This document shows positions 55,377 through 64,000 of a DNA stretch of 64,000 bases, one piece after another. The position numbers were made by a program, and so were the translations under genes. The stretch covers positions 2,976,001 to 3,040,000 of the forward strand of contig OY759599.1 of assembly GCA_963662465.1 (NCBI GenBank), written 5' to 3'. How positions within the stretch are numbered: the stretch's first letter is position 1; each line of letters starts with the position of its first letter. The notes under the pieces were generated by a model. The model did not search any database. It was not told the DNA's origin and saw only the letters and a list, made by a program, of their open reading frames with translations. The stretch is from Desulfatiglandales bacterium (GTDB lineage: Bacteria; Desulfobacterota; DSM-4660; Desulfatiglandales; Desulfatiglandaceae).

Positions 55377-58031
55377 ATGAATCTAAAATTTCCCGAATTT
55401 TTTTGGAAAGCTCTTGTATTTTAAAAGGCTTCTGAATAAACCCGTTGCACCCGCGGTTCAAGATGTCGCTCGCTTGGCCGTCTACACTGTAGCCACTGGA
55501 CAAGAGTACTTTCAGATGGGGATTCATTTCTCTCAGCCGATCAAAGCAATCCCCGCCTGTTATATCGGGCATAACCATGTCAAGGATGACCAATTCAATT
55601 TCATTCCTTTTCTCGCGATATAGTTGGAGTGCCTCAGTCCGTTTCCGGCCGTCAGAACATGATAGCCCATTATTTTTAGAAACTCCGCACCGATATCAAT
55701 AATCATCTCTTCATCATCCACAAGAAGCACGGTCTCGTCACCCTTATGAATTTTACCGTTCAGTGAAACCGATGATTCCGCCTCCGAACCGGCCACCCGT
55801 GCCGGCAGGAAAAAACTAATGGTCGACCACATACCCGCTTCACTTTCCGCATTAATGACACCACCATGATTCCGGATAATGCCGTAGGCGGAAGCAAGGC
55901 CAAGCCCGGTACCCTCACCCACATCCCGCGTCGTAAAAAACGGATCAAAAATCCTTTTCCGGGTCGCTTCGTCCATTCCTACCCCTGCATCCGCCACGGA
56001 GACCTTTACATACCGTCCAGGATCAAGCACAAAGGGTTTTGCATCATCTTCCGACAGAAAAACATTCTGAGTGTGAACAAAGATCTCTCCCCCTTCAGGC
56101 ATGGCCTGCGCTGCATTGACATAAAGATTCAGCAGCACCTGTTCGATCTGCCCCTGGTCCGCCTCCACCATCCAAATATTTTTCTGCAATTCCCAATGGA
56201 TGGTAATCTCTTTCTTGGCCTGGGTAAACATACGGACGCCGGCTCGGATCAATTCATTCAAGTCCGTGGCTTTTACCTCATATTTTCCCCCTCTTGCAAA
56301 TCCCAGAAGCTGCCTTGTAAGATCCGCACCTTTTTGAATATATCGTTCAATATTCTTGATCCTTTCATATTCCGAATGATCCAGGGTCTGGTTTATCAGG
56401 ATCATTGAAACATTTCCCTGGATGGCCATCAGCAAATTATTAAAGTCATGGGCGATACCCCCTGCCAGGGTGCCGATGGATTCCATTTTCTGCGCCTCAT
56501 AAAACTGGGTTTCAAGCGCCTTTTTTTCAGAGATATCTCGAAGGATGACAAACAATCCCGCTGGATGCCCCTCATAACTCTCAAATCGGGAAGCGCTGAT
56601 ACTCACATCCAGCAAACGGCGATCCTTTGTGAAACGCCTGGTGTCAAAATTATGATAGGGAATCCCATCAACCACAATATCGCGGATAATCTCCATGGAT
56701 TTTTCCCGTTCGGATTCAGGCACGAATGGAATGCGTTTTTTCTCCACTTCCTCCGGCGTCCAACCGAAAATCTCAGTAAAAGCACGATTCACATATTGGG
56801 TTTTCCCTTGCAGATCGTATAAAACAATGGCATCCGCTGAAGAAAGCAGAAAAGACCGATACATTTCCTGGGCCTTCTGTGATTCTTCATAAAGGCTTAT
56901 GAATCTCTTCTCACTCTCCCTAAGCGCCTGTTCCATATGGGTTTGCTCCGTGATATCCTGGTACGTCAGAAACTGCTTGCCTTCCCTCAGGGGAACCACG
57001 CCGAAACAAATAATTTTATCCTGTCCTGATTTGCACCTAACGGTAAACGCCCGGTCGATCTTTTCCCCAGTTGCGGCGGTTTTGATTTGATCATTCTGCC
57101 AGGTTAAGCGCACTTCGCCTCGGTAGGTTTTATCAGGATAAGCCTTTTTAAACCATGTTTCCTTATCCGGTATATCCGTTTTTGTATAACCAAAAAGGGA
57201 GATAAACTCCGGATTCAAATATTCAAAACATTGATCGGCGCCGGTCATGGAAATCCCGAAGGGGGCCTCTTCACACAGGGATCGAAACATCTTTTCACTT
57301 GCCTTGAGTTTCTGATCCGCCAGGATCCTTTTCCGCTCGGTCTTGACGGTCTCCCAAATAATATAGAGGGAAAACAACAGGGCCACGATCAAGATAACCG
57401 ACATCACGATCACCATCCGCCGCGTAATAGCGGCAATCTCTTTGTGGACATCATCCACATAGATGCCGGTTCCCACAATCCAGCCCCAGGGCTCAAAGCC
57501 TCTTACATAGGAAATCTTGGGGGCCATGCGATTCGGATCATCTTTCCATTGCCACATGTAGTCAACGTATCCGGAGGTATGATGGTTGACGGTTTTGACA
57601 AATTCCACAAAGGGACGCGTTCCATTGGAATCCTTATAATCCGACAGATCAACACCTTCTAAATCCGGAAGGTATGGATGCATTATCCCCCGTGGATGCA
57701 TGTCAATAATCCAGAAATAATCTTTTCCTTCCGGCCCGTAACGTAATTTGCGAAGTCGGTTTATGGCCCTTTTCCGCGCCTCTTTTGCTGAAAAATCTCC
57801 ATTTTTAAGTTCCGCTTCATATTGTGCCAAAAGACTCCAGGCATTATCGGTCAAATCACGGATCATCTGTCGTTTCTGCCCCATCATATGCTGCTCCATG
57901 GCGGGCATGAAAAGCAGAAAAAAACTCAGAACGAACATCAGAAACGTTAATGCAACGGGAATGATCACCCTGAGAGATGCGGCCCTGAAAGACCCACCCG
58001 CGCTGATACCGAAAAACCCACTCAATTTCAC
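55366..58031 (-). CDS. Hybrid sensor kinase (Cache-PAS-PAS-HisKA-HATPase-REC), frameshifted in the receiver
   Basis: AHDFNNLL; receiver split near 55638 ([18 protein letters not shown]). Confidence 0.85.
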
Positions 58032-58082
58032 TGTCTAATCCTCCCTTTGCCCCCAAAACCGAAAATGACATCCGCCGCTTTT

Positions 58083-58116
58083 AAGCTAACAGCTAACGGC
58101 TAACAGCTAATAGCTG
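58083..58116. repeat. Heptamer tandem array (TAACAGC)n
   Basis: taacagc taacggc taacagc taatagc. Confidence 0.85.
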
Positions 58117-58121
58117 TATTT

Positions 58122-59507
58122 TCATGACAACGTCAAATCCGGCCGATCCGCCAAAAATCGGTAAAGGGTCGCCCGGCCCACGCCTAGGATTCTGGCTGCC
58201 TTGGCTTTGTTCCCACCGCTCCGGATAAGTGCCTTGCTCACATTTTGCTCATCCAGCTTACGCTTGGGACCCCTGAGAGACTTCCGGGTTTCCGATGCCT
58301 TCAGCTCGAGGGGAAGGTGCTCCGGCTGGACCATGTGTCCCCGAGACTTCACAAGGGCAAATCGAATGGCGCTCTGAAGTTCACGGATATTTCCAGGCCA
58401 CGCATAATCAATCATAACAGCCATGGCATCTTTGGAAATGCCGACGTTTTTCTGCCCGCCATCCCCGGCTGTCCTTAAAAAATGTTCCGCTAAAAGTGGA
58501 ATATCCTGTTTCCGCTCTCTTAGCGGCGGCAGAAAAAGCGGAACCACATTGATACGGTAGTAAAGGTCATCGCGGAAATTGCCATTGACCACTTCGCGTT
58601 TCAAATCGCGATGGGTGGCGCTGATCAGACGCACATCCGCCGTCAGGGTTCGTTCCCCCCCCACGCGTTCAAAAGTTCCTTCCTGAAGAACGCGCAACAG
58701 TTTGACCTGCACGGATTTGGGCATGTCGCCAATCTCATCCAGGAAAAGCGTACCCCGATGGGCCAGTTCAAAACGACCTTTTTTGTCCCGCACGGCGCCC
58801 GTAAAGGCGCCTTTGACATGGCCAAACAGCTCGCTTTCCAAAAGTCCCTGGGGCAATGCCCCGCAATTGACCGGCACAAAAGGTTCGGAGGATCTCTGAC
58901 CTTCATTATGAATAGCCGAGGCCACCAGTTCCTTGCCGGTTCCGCTTTCACCCTGTATCAGGGTCGGAATATTGACATCCGCGATTTCTTTGATGGTTTC
59001 AAACAGCTCAAGCATTCGTTCGTCCCGGCTGATGATCCCCGCAAATGAATGTTCCGTCTTCAGACGCGCACGAAGGATGGAAAGCTCGGTAATATCTTCC
59101 ATGACGACCACCGCCAACCGCTCTCTTTCATGATCGAAGGGCGCTGCGCTGACCAAGAGCGTAAAATTCCGAAGCTTTCCGCCTACCAGCAATTCCATAT
59201 CCGCCCGATTTCGGTTAATTTGCCTGCCCCCAATGGCGTCAAGGGCTGTTTTTCGAACCAGACAGGTTTGGCAATGATCGCCAAAACCGCAGCCTTCCGG
59301 GCTGTCATGAACATGGACGCACCGGAGTACCTCGCCCCCGCTCTTGCCCGTCACCGCTTCATCAGACACACCGAAAATACGCTCAATGACCTTATTGACC
59401 ACTAGAACTCTTCGGTCTCGGTCAACGATCAGCACCCCGCAGGGAATCGCTGAAAACAATCCCTTCAAGAATTCGTTCTGGTTCATCAGTTCCCGAACAG
59501 GTTTCAT
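58122..59507 (-). CDS. Sigma54-dependent activator (PAS-AAA+-Fis HTH)
   Basis: [26 protein letters not shown]; Cys-rich PAS domain. Confidence 0.95.
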   Translation of the reverse strand: MKPVRELMNQNEFLKGLFSAIPCGVLIVDRDRRVLVVNKVIERIFGVSDEAVTGKSGGEVLRCVHVHDSPEGCGFGDHCQTCLVRKTALDAIGGRQINRNRADMELLVGGKLRNFTLLVSAAPFDHERERLAVVVMEDITELSILRARLKTEHSFAGIISRDERMLELFETIKEIADVNIPTLIQGESGTGKELVASAIHNEGQRSSEPFVPVNCGALPQGLLESELFGHVKGAFTGAVRDKKGRFELAHRGTLFLDEIGDMPKSVQVKLLRVLQEGTFERVGGERTLTADVRLISATHRDLKREVVNGNFRDDLYYRINVVPLFLPPLRERKQDIPLLAEHFLRTAGDGGQKNVGISKDAMAVMIDYAWPGNIRELQSAIRFALVKSRGHMVQPEHLPLELKASETRKSLRGPKRKLDEQNVSKALIRSGGNKAKAARILGVGRATLYRFLADRPDLTLS

Positions 59508-59791
59508 TCCGGCTCCTCATCATTTAAAAAAACATATTTTTCATTAATATAAACAATTTAAACATAATAAACACAAAAAAGCATAAACAAACAAATATGA
59601 CTGTCTCAAACTACCATTTTGATACACAGAAATCAATTGAACCCGGAAATTTAACCGGATGTCTCTGACAAAAATGGTTCCCCCTTCGGCAGGGCGCTCA
59701 CCTGCTTTTTCCTTGACCTTTCCATGAAAATAAGGTTCCAATAATCAAGTATGAAAAAATTCGGGAAAATAGCAACAGAAGGGGACTGTAC

Positions 59792-60091
59792 ATGTTGAAC
59801 AAACATATCTACGAGCGAAATGACCAGGCTGACAGCAATCATAAAACCACCGAAAATCTTCAAAATAAGGATCACCCTAAAAAAAAGGTATCCTTTTCCC
59901 CCGAGTATGCAAAACGCAACAAAGAAACCTACCAAACAATTCTTCAGCTCAGCTCGGAAGGTCTAAATAATCGAGAGATTTCCGAAACACTGAATGCACA
60001 AGGAATTCCAAGCCTTTCCGGAACGGGAAAATGGTTTCCCGCAAGCGTCGGCAGAGTCATTAACGAAACACCCGTATACATGAAAGAATAG
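59792..60091 (+). CDS. Small protein with a recombinase-type DNA-binding motif
   Basis: GL..REI.E.LNAQGIPS.SG.GKW....V.R; no catalytic domain. Confidence 0.6.
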   Translation: MLNKHIYERNDQADSNHKTTENLQNKDHPKKKVSFSPEYAKRNKETYQTILQLSSEGLNNREISETLNAQGIPSLSGTGKWFPASVGRVINETPVYMKE

Positions 60092-60186
60092 TCGCCGTCA
60101 TTGAAACAAAATTGCGCGGGCGCAAACCTACAGGTTCAATGAACATAACAGGGTAATGCATAAAATCTCCCATCCCGGATAAAGCA

Positions 60187-61386
60187 TTGACAAAGGAAAA
60201 ATCAGCGTTACATCCCGCTCGCCCCACCCGGCGGCGCCGTTTTCTTACTTGGTTGCGGGGATTCTGGCCCCACTGGCCCATGGCCGCTCTCATTGTGGCG
60301 GGCGGCGCCTCGGACGTACTCAAAAGCCTTAAACTCGATCTCCTGCCCTTCGGCCAATTTAGTCCTCTCATGGGCCTGGGGAAGTCGCTGGCCATCCTGG
60401 CCAACAGCACCCAGGCCATCCTGGGAATCGGGCTCGTGCTGGTGGGGTTCCCATTGCTCAGAAGGCTTGCCGCCGCTTGGTCCTTTGCCGTGATCCTCCT
60501 GCTGGTGACCCTGGGCGTAAACCTGGTTCAGCAACACTGGGGAAAGAGTCTCATCCTTCCCGGCGTGATGCTGGTGGCCATGGTAGCCCTGCGACGCCAC
60601 TTCAACCGCCAGACCCAACTGGCCAACTACGCCATCTCGCTAACCGGCATCTTCTCCATCCTCGCCTATGGCACTTTTGGCAGTTATCTGCTGGGCGATG
60701 GTTTCGAACCGGTCATCCATAACCTGACCACGTCCTTTTATTTCACGATCATTACCATTTCCACCGTCGGCTATGGCGATATCCACCCCGTCACATCCGA
60801 AACGCGCTTGTTTGTGGTATCGCTGCTGGTGGTAGGCCTGAGCGTTTTCGCCACTGCCGTTGCATCGGTCCTGGGGCCGGCGATTACCAAAAAGCTGAGC
60901 CATATTCTTTACCCCAAAGGAGGCAGAATGAAACTGGAAAATCATATCATCCTGGCCGGAGAAGGCGCCATCGCCGTCAACACCGCCAGGGAGCTGAAAG
61001 ATCGAAAAATTCCCTTTATCCGGATCCGAAACCAGGGCGACCCCCTTTCGCTGGAAGAGAACGAAATCATTGGAGACCCCACGGACGAAGCGGTGCAGGA
61101 AACAGCCGGCATCGGGAAAGCGCATATGGTCATTGCGGCAGGCGACAATGACGGCGACAATGCCTTTATTACCCTGCTGGCCAAGGACTTGAACCCTGGT
61201 GTTCGCGTATTGGCCGTGGCCAATGCCATCAATGCCATTCGAAGACTGAAACTGGCCCGGGCGGACCTGGTCTTTGCACCGGCGGCGGTGGGCAGTCGTC
61301 TTCTGGCCAACCTGGCGGAAGGGGATAAGATTTCCGAAGAGTTCCGGGATTTGCTCGAAGGCGGAGAAGTTCGCCGGGATTCTTAA
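60187..61386 (+). CDS. Kch-like potassium channel with RCK/TrkA-N domain
   Basis: TVGYGD filter, multiple TM helices, C-terminal GDPTDE RCK domain; start uncertain. Confidence 0.88.
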   Translation: MTKEKSALHPARPTRRRRFLTWLRGFWPHWPMAALIVAGGASDVLKSLKLDLLPFGQFSPLMGLGKSLAILANSTQAILGIGLVLVGFPLLRRLAAAWSFAVILLLVTLGVNLVQQHWGKSLILPGVMLVAMVALRRHFNRQTQLANYAISLTGIFSILAYGTFGSYLLGDGFEPVIHNLTTSFYFTIITISTVGYGDIHPVTSETRLFVVSLLVVGLSVFATAVASVLGPAITKKLSHILYPKGGRMKLENHIILAGEGAIAVNTARELKDRKIPFIRIRNQGDPLSLEENEIIGDPTDEAVQETAGIGKAHMVIAAGDNDGDNAFITLLAKDLNPGVRVLAVANAINAIRRLKLARADLVFAPAAVGSRLLANLAEGDKISEEFRDLLEGGEVRRDS

Positions 61387-61388
61387 CC

Positions 61389-62738
61389 ATGTTCAAGTCC
61401 CTTGCTCATTTGTTGCGGCTCCTGTTTCTCCTGCCGGCACTCTCATTCGCACTTCCCTGTTCAGCCGCTTCATCCAATGACCGTGCGATACCGGTTACGG
61501 ATACGCTGCTCAGAAGCCTCAATCTCGACCGCCGTTACCACAAATGCATTGCAGTCGCCGATGGGGATACGCTCACCCTGGAGGGACTTGGAACGGTCCG
61601 TTTCATCGGTGTGGACACCCCCGAGAAGAATCATCCGAAACTGCCCATCCAGTTCATGTCCACTGAATCAACCGCCTTCACGAAAAAGCTCTGCATGGGA
61701 AAAAACATCCGCCTGGAATATGATCCCCATGACGAAGACAAACGAGGGAACTATGGACGGGTGCTGGGATATCTTTATCTGGAGGATGGCACATTCGTTC
61801 AGGAGCAGCTCCTGAAAAATGGCTATGCTTCAGCCTACATCCGGTATCCATTTGATGAAAAAAGGAAAGGTCAGTTTCTGGCCTGGGAGCAAACAGCCCG
61901 ACAAAAGGAATTGGGCATCTGGGGGCAAAAGGCCATGAGCGAAGTCCTGTGGAACCTCAAGCACAAGCAGCTCATGATCCAGGTCGAAAGGGTTTCTTCA
62001 AATCGCTACAGGCTGCGGATTGGAACCTGGATTTCAAAACCTTTTCACCAGGGAAAAATCGCCTTGAACCTGGTCAACTTGTATACCACCGCCCATGAAT
62101 TGGGACCACGGGATCTCAGGAAACAACTGCGGCAATCCGGATATACACAAAGCGTTATCTCTGAACCGGCAGCAGTTACCATAACAGTCATGGGCATGGC
62201 CCATCGGAAATGGGGGATCATTTATGGAAATCATATCAAGCCACGCGTTCAGGCGGCAGACCTTGACCGGCAAATCCAGGCATTATCCGGGTGGAAAAAG
62301 GACCTTGACGCCGAACGTCTGGAAGTGATGTTGTCCAAAAACGGCTATCATCCTGTTCCCAAAAACCTCATACGGGCCATCGATTTCCGGAAAATCGCCG
62401 ATGGATTTTTGAAAACGGAAGCGCTTGCCAAACACAAGGGTCGAGGGATTTTATGGGAATCGGCCGGCAAATATGTTGGAAAGACGGTGAGTGTCGAAGG
62501 AAAAATCGTTCGAAGTCACAATTCAGGAACGGCTTGCTTCCTGAACTTCCACCGGAATTTCACCCGATATATGAGTCTCGTAATTTTTGAAAACAGTTTT
62601 CGAAAGTTCCCATTCCAGCCGGAAAAATTCTATCTCAACAAAACGGTTCGGGTGAGGGGAAAAATAAAGGAATACGAGGGCAAACCGGAGATCGTTCTCG
62701 AAAGCCCGAGGCAGATCGAGGTTATTAAAAGTCGATAA
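61389..62738 (+). CDS. Exported thermonuclease (SNase) family protein with C-terminal OB-fold-like domain
   Basis: DGDT, RFIGVDTPE, YGRVLGY; signal peptide. Confidence 0.85.
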   Translation: MFKSLAHLLRLLFLLPALSFALPCSAASSNDRAIPVTDTLLRSLNLDRRYHKCIAVADGDTLTLEGLGTVRFIGVDTPEKNHPKLPIQFMSTESTAFTKKLCMGKNIRLEYDPHDEDKRGNYGRVLGYLYLEDGTFVQEQLLKNGYASAYIRYPFDEKRKGQFLAWEQTARQKELGIWGQKAMSEVLWNLKHKQLMIQVERVSSNRYRLRIGTWISKPFHQGKIALNLVNLYTTAHELGPRDLRKQLRQSGYTQSVISEPAAVTITVMGMAHRKWGIIYGNHIKPRVQAADLDRQIQALSGWKKDLDAERLEVMLSKNGYHPVPKNLIRAIDFRKIADGFLKTEALAKHKGRGILWESAGKYVGKTVSVEGKIVRSHNSGTACFLNFHRNFTRYMSLVIFENSFRKFPFQPEKFYLNKTVRVRGKIKEYEGKPEIVLESPRQIEVIKSR

Positions 62739-62915
62739 TCTAAGGCGGGCTATGCCCGCAACCCAAGATTCTGAGATGACTCTGAGTCACCTCTTTTGTA
62801 AAATAGATGGAGCAAACAAAAACCATCCAAAAGCGAAAGAGGTGACCCATGAAAAAACTTATAGAAAGATTTTCAGATCTCGTCAAGGGTAGCATTACTG
62901 GGCTACCGACATAAG
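62739..62915 (+). mobile_element. Possible element end plus truncated ORF MKKLIERFSDLVKGSITG
   Basis: GCGGGC-TAT-GCCCGC hairpin, GAGGTG RBS, short ORF cut abruptly. Confidence 0.35.
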
Positions 62916-63442
62916 CTGGGACAAAAAAACTGGATGGTAAATCGAAGGAGACTCCTTTTTTAAATGCGAATTTGAATTTGCCTATGGTCTTTGCTGCGTA
63001 ACTGTGCTCTATTATTTTCCCACAGGTTTTCCCATTACCCACGGAGGATAATATGATGCGATCACGTAGTACAAGAATTTTTCTGAAATTATGTTGCCCT
63101 GTCAAATGCAGCATTAGAAAAATTGGGCAGATGTTAGGGATCTCGGCTATGGCCACAAGCCGGGACAATTCAGGAAGCACTCGTTCTCACGCATTGCGGG
63201 GGAATGAAAATGTGACCTGCCGGGGCACAATGAGTTCCGCGGCGACGTTTGTAGTGACGCCGTGAGGCGTTTTCCCCGGCAATGCCCTCACGGGCACACT
63301 GCAAACCTCTCCTTCAGTCCCGACACAAAAGACGTCCTTGATCGCTGTGATGATGCTCGGCATCGTGAATGAAAAATCAAGAAAATCAAGGTTCAAACAA
63401 ATGAGAAACTATCCCGCCTTATGTCGGTAGTCCGTTTCATGG

Positions 63443-63623
63443 GTCAATCCCGGATGGCCACTTCAAAATCTCCCACCTAGGAATCAGATTTTGGCCTTGG
63501 ATGGCGGATAAACAACTGTATGTAATGATCTATTTTCTTCTTCATCCCTGCTAAGTGACATAAGGGGTGGGGGAAAAATAAGTGGCTACAAGTGGGGGAA
63601 AGTAGGTGGCCGCCCGGGGTCAA
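63443..63623. mobile_element. IS21-like internally deleted element / MITE
   Basis: cccggatggccacttcaaaatctcccacc inverted against gtgggggaaagtaggtggccgcccggg; tandem subrepeat at the right end. Confidence 0.6.
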
Positions 63624-63782
63624 TAGCAATCCTGTCCATCATTTAATCTTTCAAATCGTGTTCAAAGATTTTGTCCCGGCTTGTGACCGTAGCCGGTTCG
63701 TCATGCGTCAAGGTTTTTTTAGCATAAAAAACCGCCCAAAGGCGGTTAAGGGTGTATAGGCAGTATGGAATATTATTTTATT

Positions 63783-64000
63783 TCATGTGGTTTTTGATAA
63801 TGCATCAACTTCTTCTAGAATCTTATTTGCTGTCCATATGGCTTTCGTTGCCATGGCGATTGGGCTTTGACGTTTAATGGTATCGTAATAATCAGCGGTC
63901 ACCCTGTCAAAATGAAAAGATTTGAACCGGGTGGCAATCTTCCTTCTTAGTTTATCACCTCCATTTTGGAGATAATCTTGAAGATCACTATGAGAACCAC
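63783..64000 (-). CDS. C-terminus of a HEPN-like protein (5' end outside window)
   Basis: Open frame GSHSDL..FDRVTADY..; SH and RxxADY spacing typical of HEPN. Confidence 0.5.
   Translation of the reverse strand, partial: GSHSDLQDYLQNGGDKLRRKIATRFKSFHFDRVTADYYDTIKRQSPIAMATKAIWTANKILEEVDALSKTT

Noticed and set aside
59792..60091. Recombinase that could mobilise the repeat-bounded modules
   Set aside because: Only a DNA-binding-like motif is present, with no catalytic serine or tyrosine domain
62740..63396. ORFs 62740-63180 and 63187-63396 as genes
   Set aside because: They span unrelated debris segments and have no RBS or recognisable motif

Overview
Bacterial chromosomal window; gene content resembles anaerobic Desulfobacterota (inferred from gene families only). 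It opens with conserved rnj-ftsK-lolA, followed by a decayed ~7 kb island (3.9-10.9 kb) of deletion-fused pseudogenes: a kinase lacking its DHp domain, an SLC13::response-regulator chimera, and RND, FmdE and TauE fragments. The core is rich in ion-homeostasis genes (a multi-D-subunit Mrp Na+/H+ antiporter operon, a complete Na+-type N-ATPase operon atpDCQRBEFAG, MscS, CorA, a Kch-type K+ channel) and in signalling proteins. Most unusual observations: (1) an MMPL/RND transporter fused to a complete histidine kinase, in an operon with a paralogous kinase and a receiver protein; (2) a dispersed 15-bp end motif GTAACCGTTCACAGG with heptamer hairpin arrays, which brackets that module plus a delta-60 lipoprotein and abuts a truncated gene; (3) several other heptamer arrays at gene junctions; (4) a lone integron attC-like site followed directly by a probable group II intron 5' remnant; (5) atypical kinases around the Mrp operon. 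IS remnants (ISAs1-type, IS21-like MITE) also occur. No rRNA, tRNA or CRISPR array was recognised. All family assignments come from motif recognition, not database searches.
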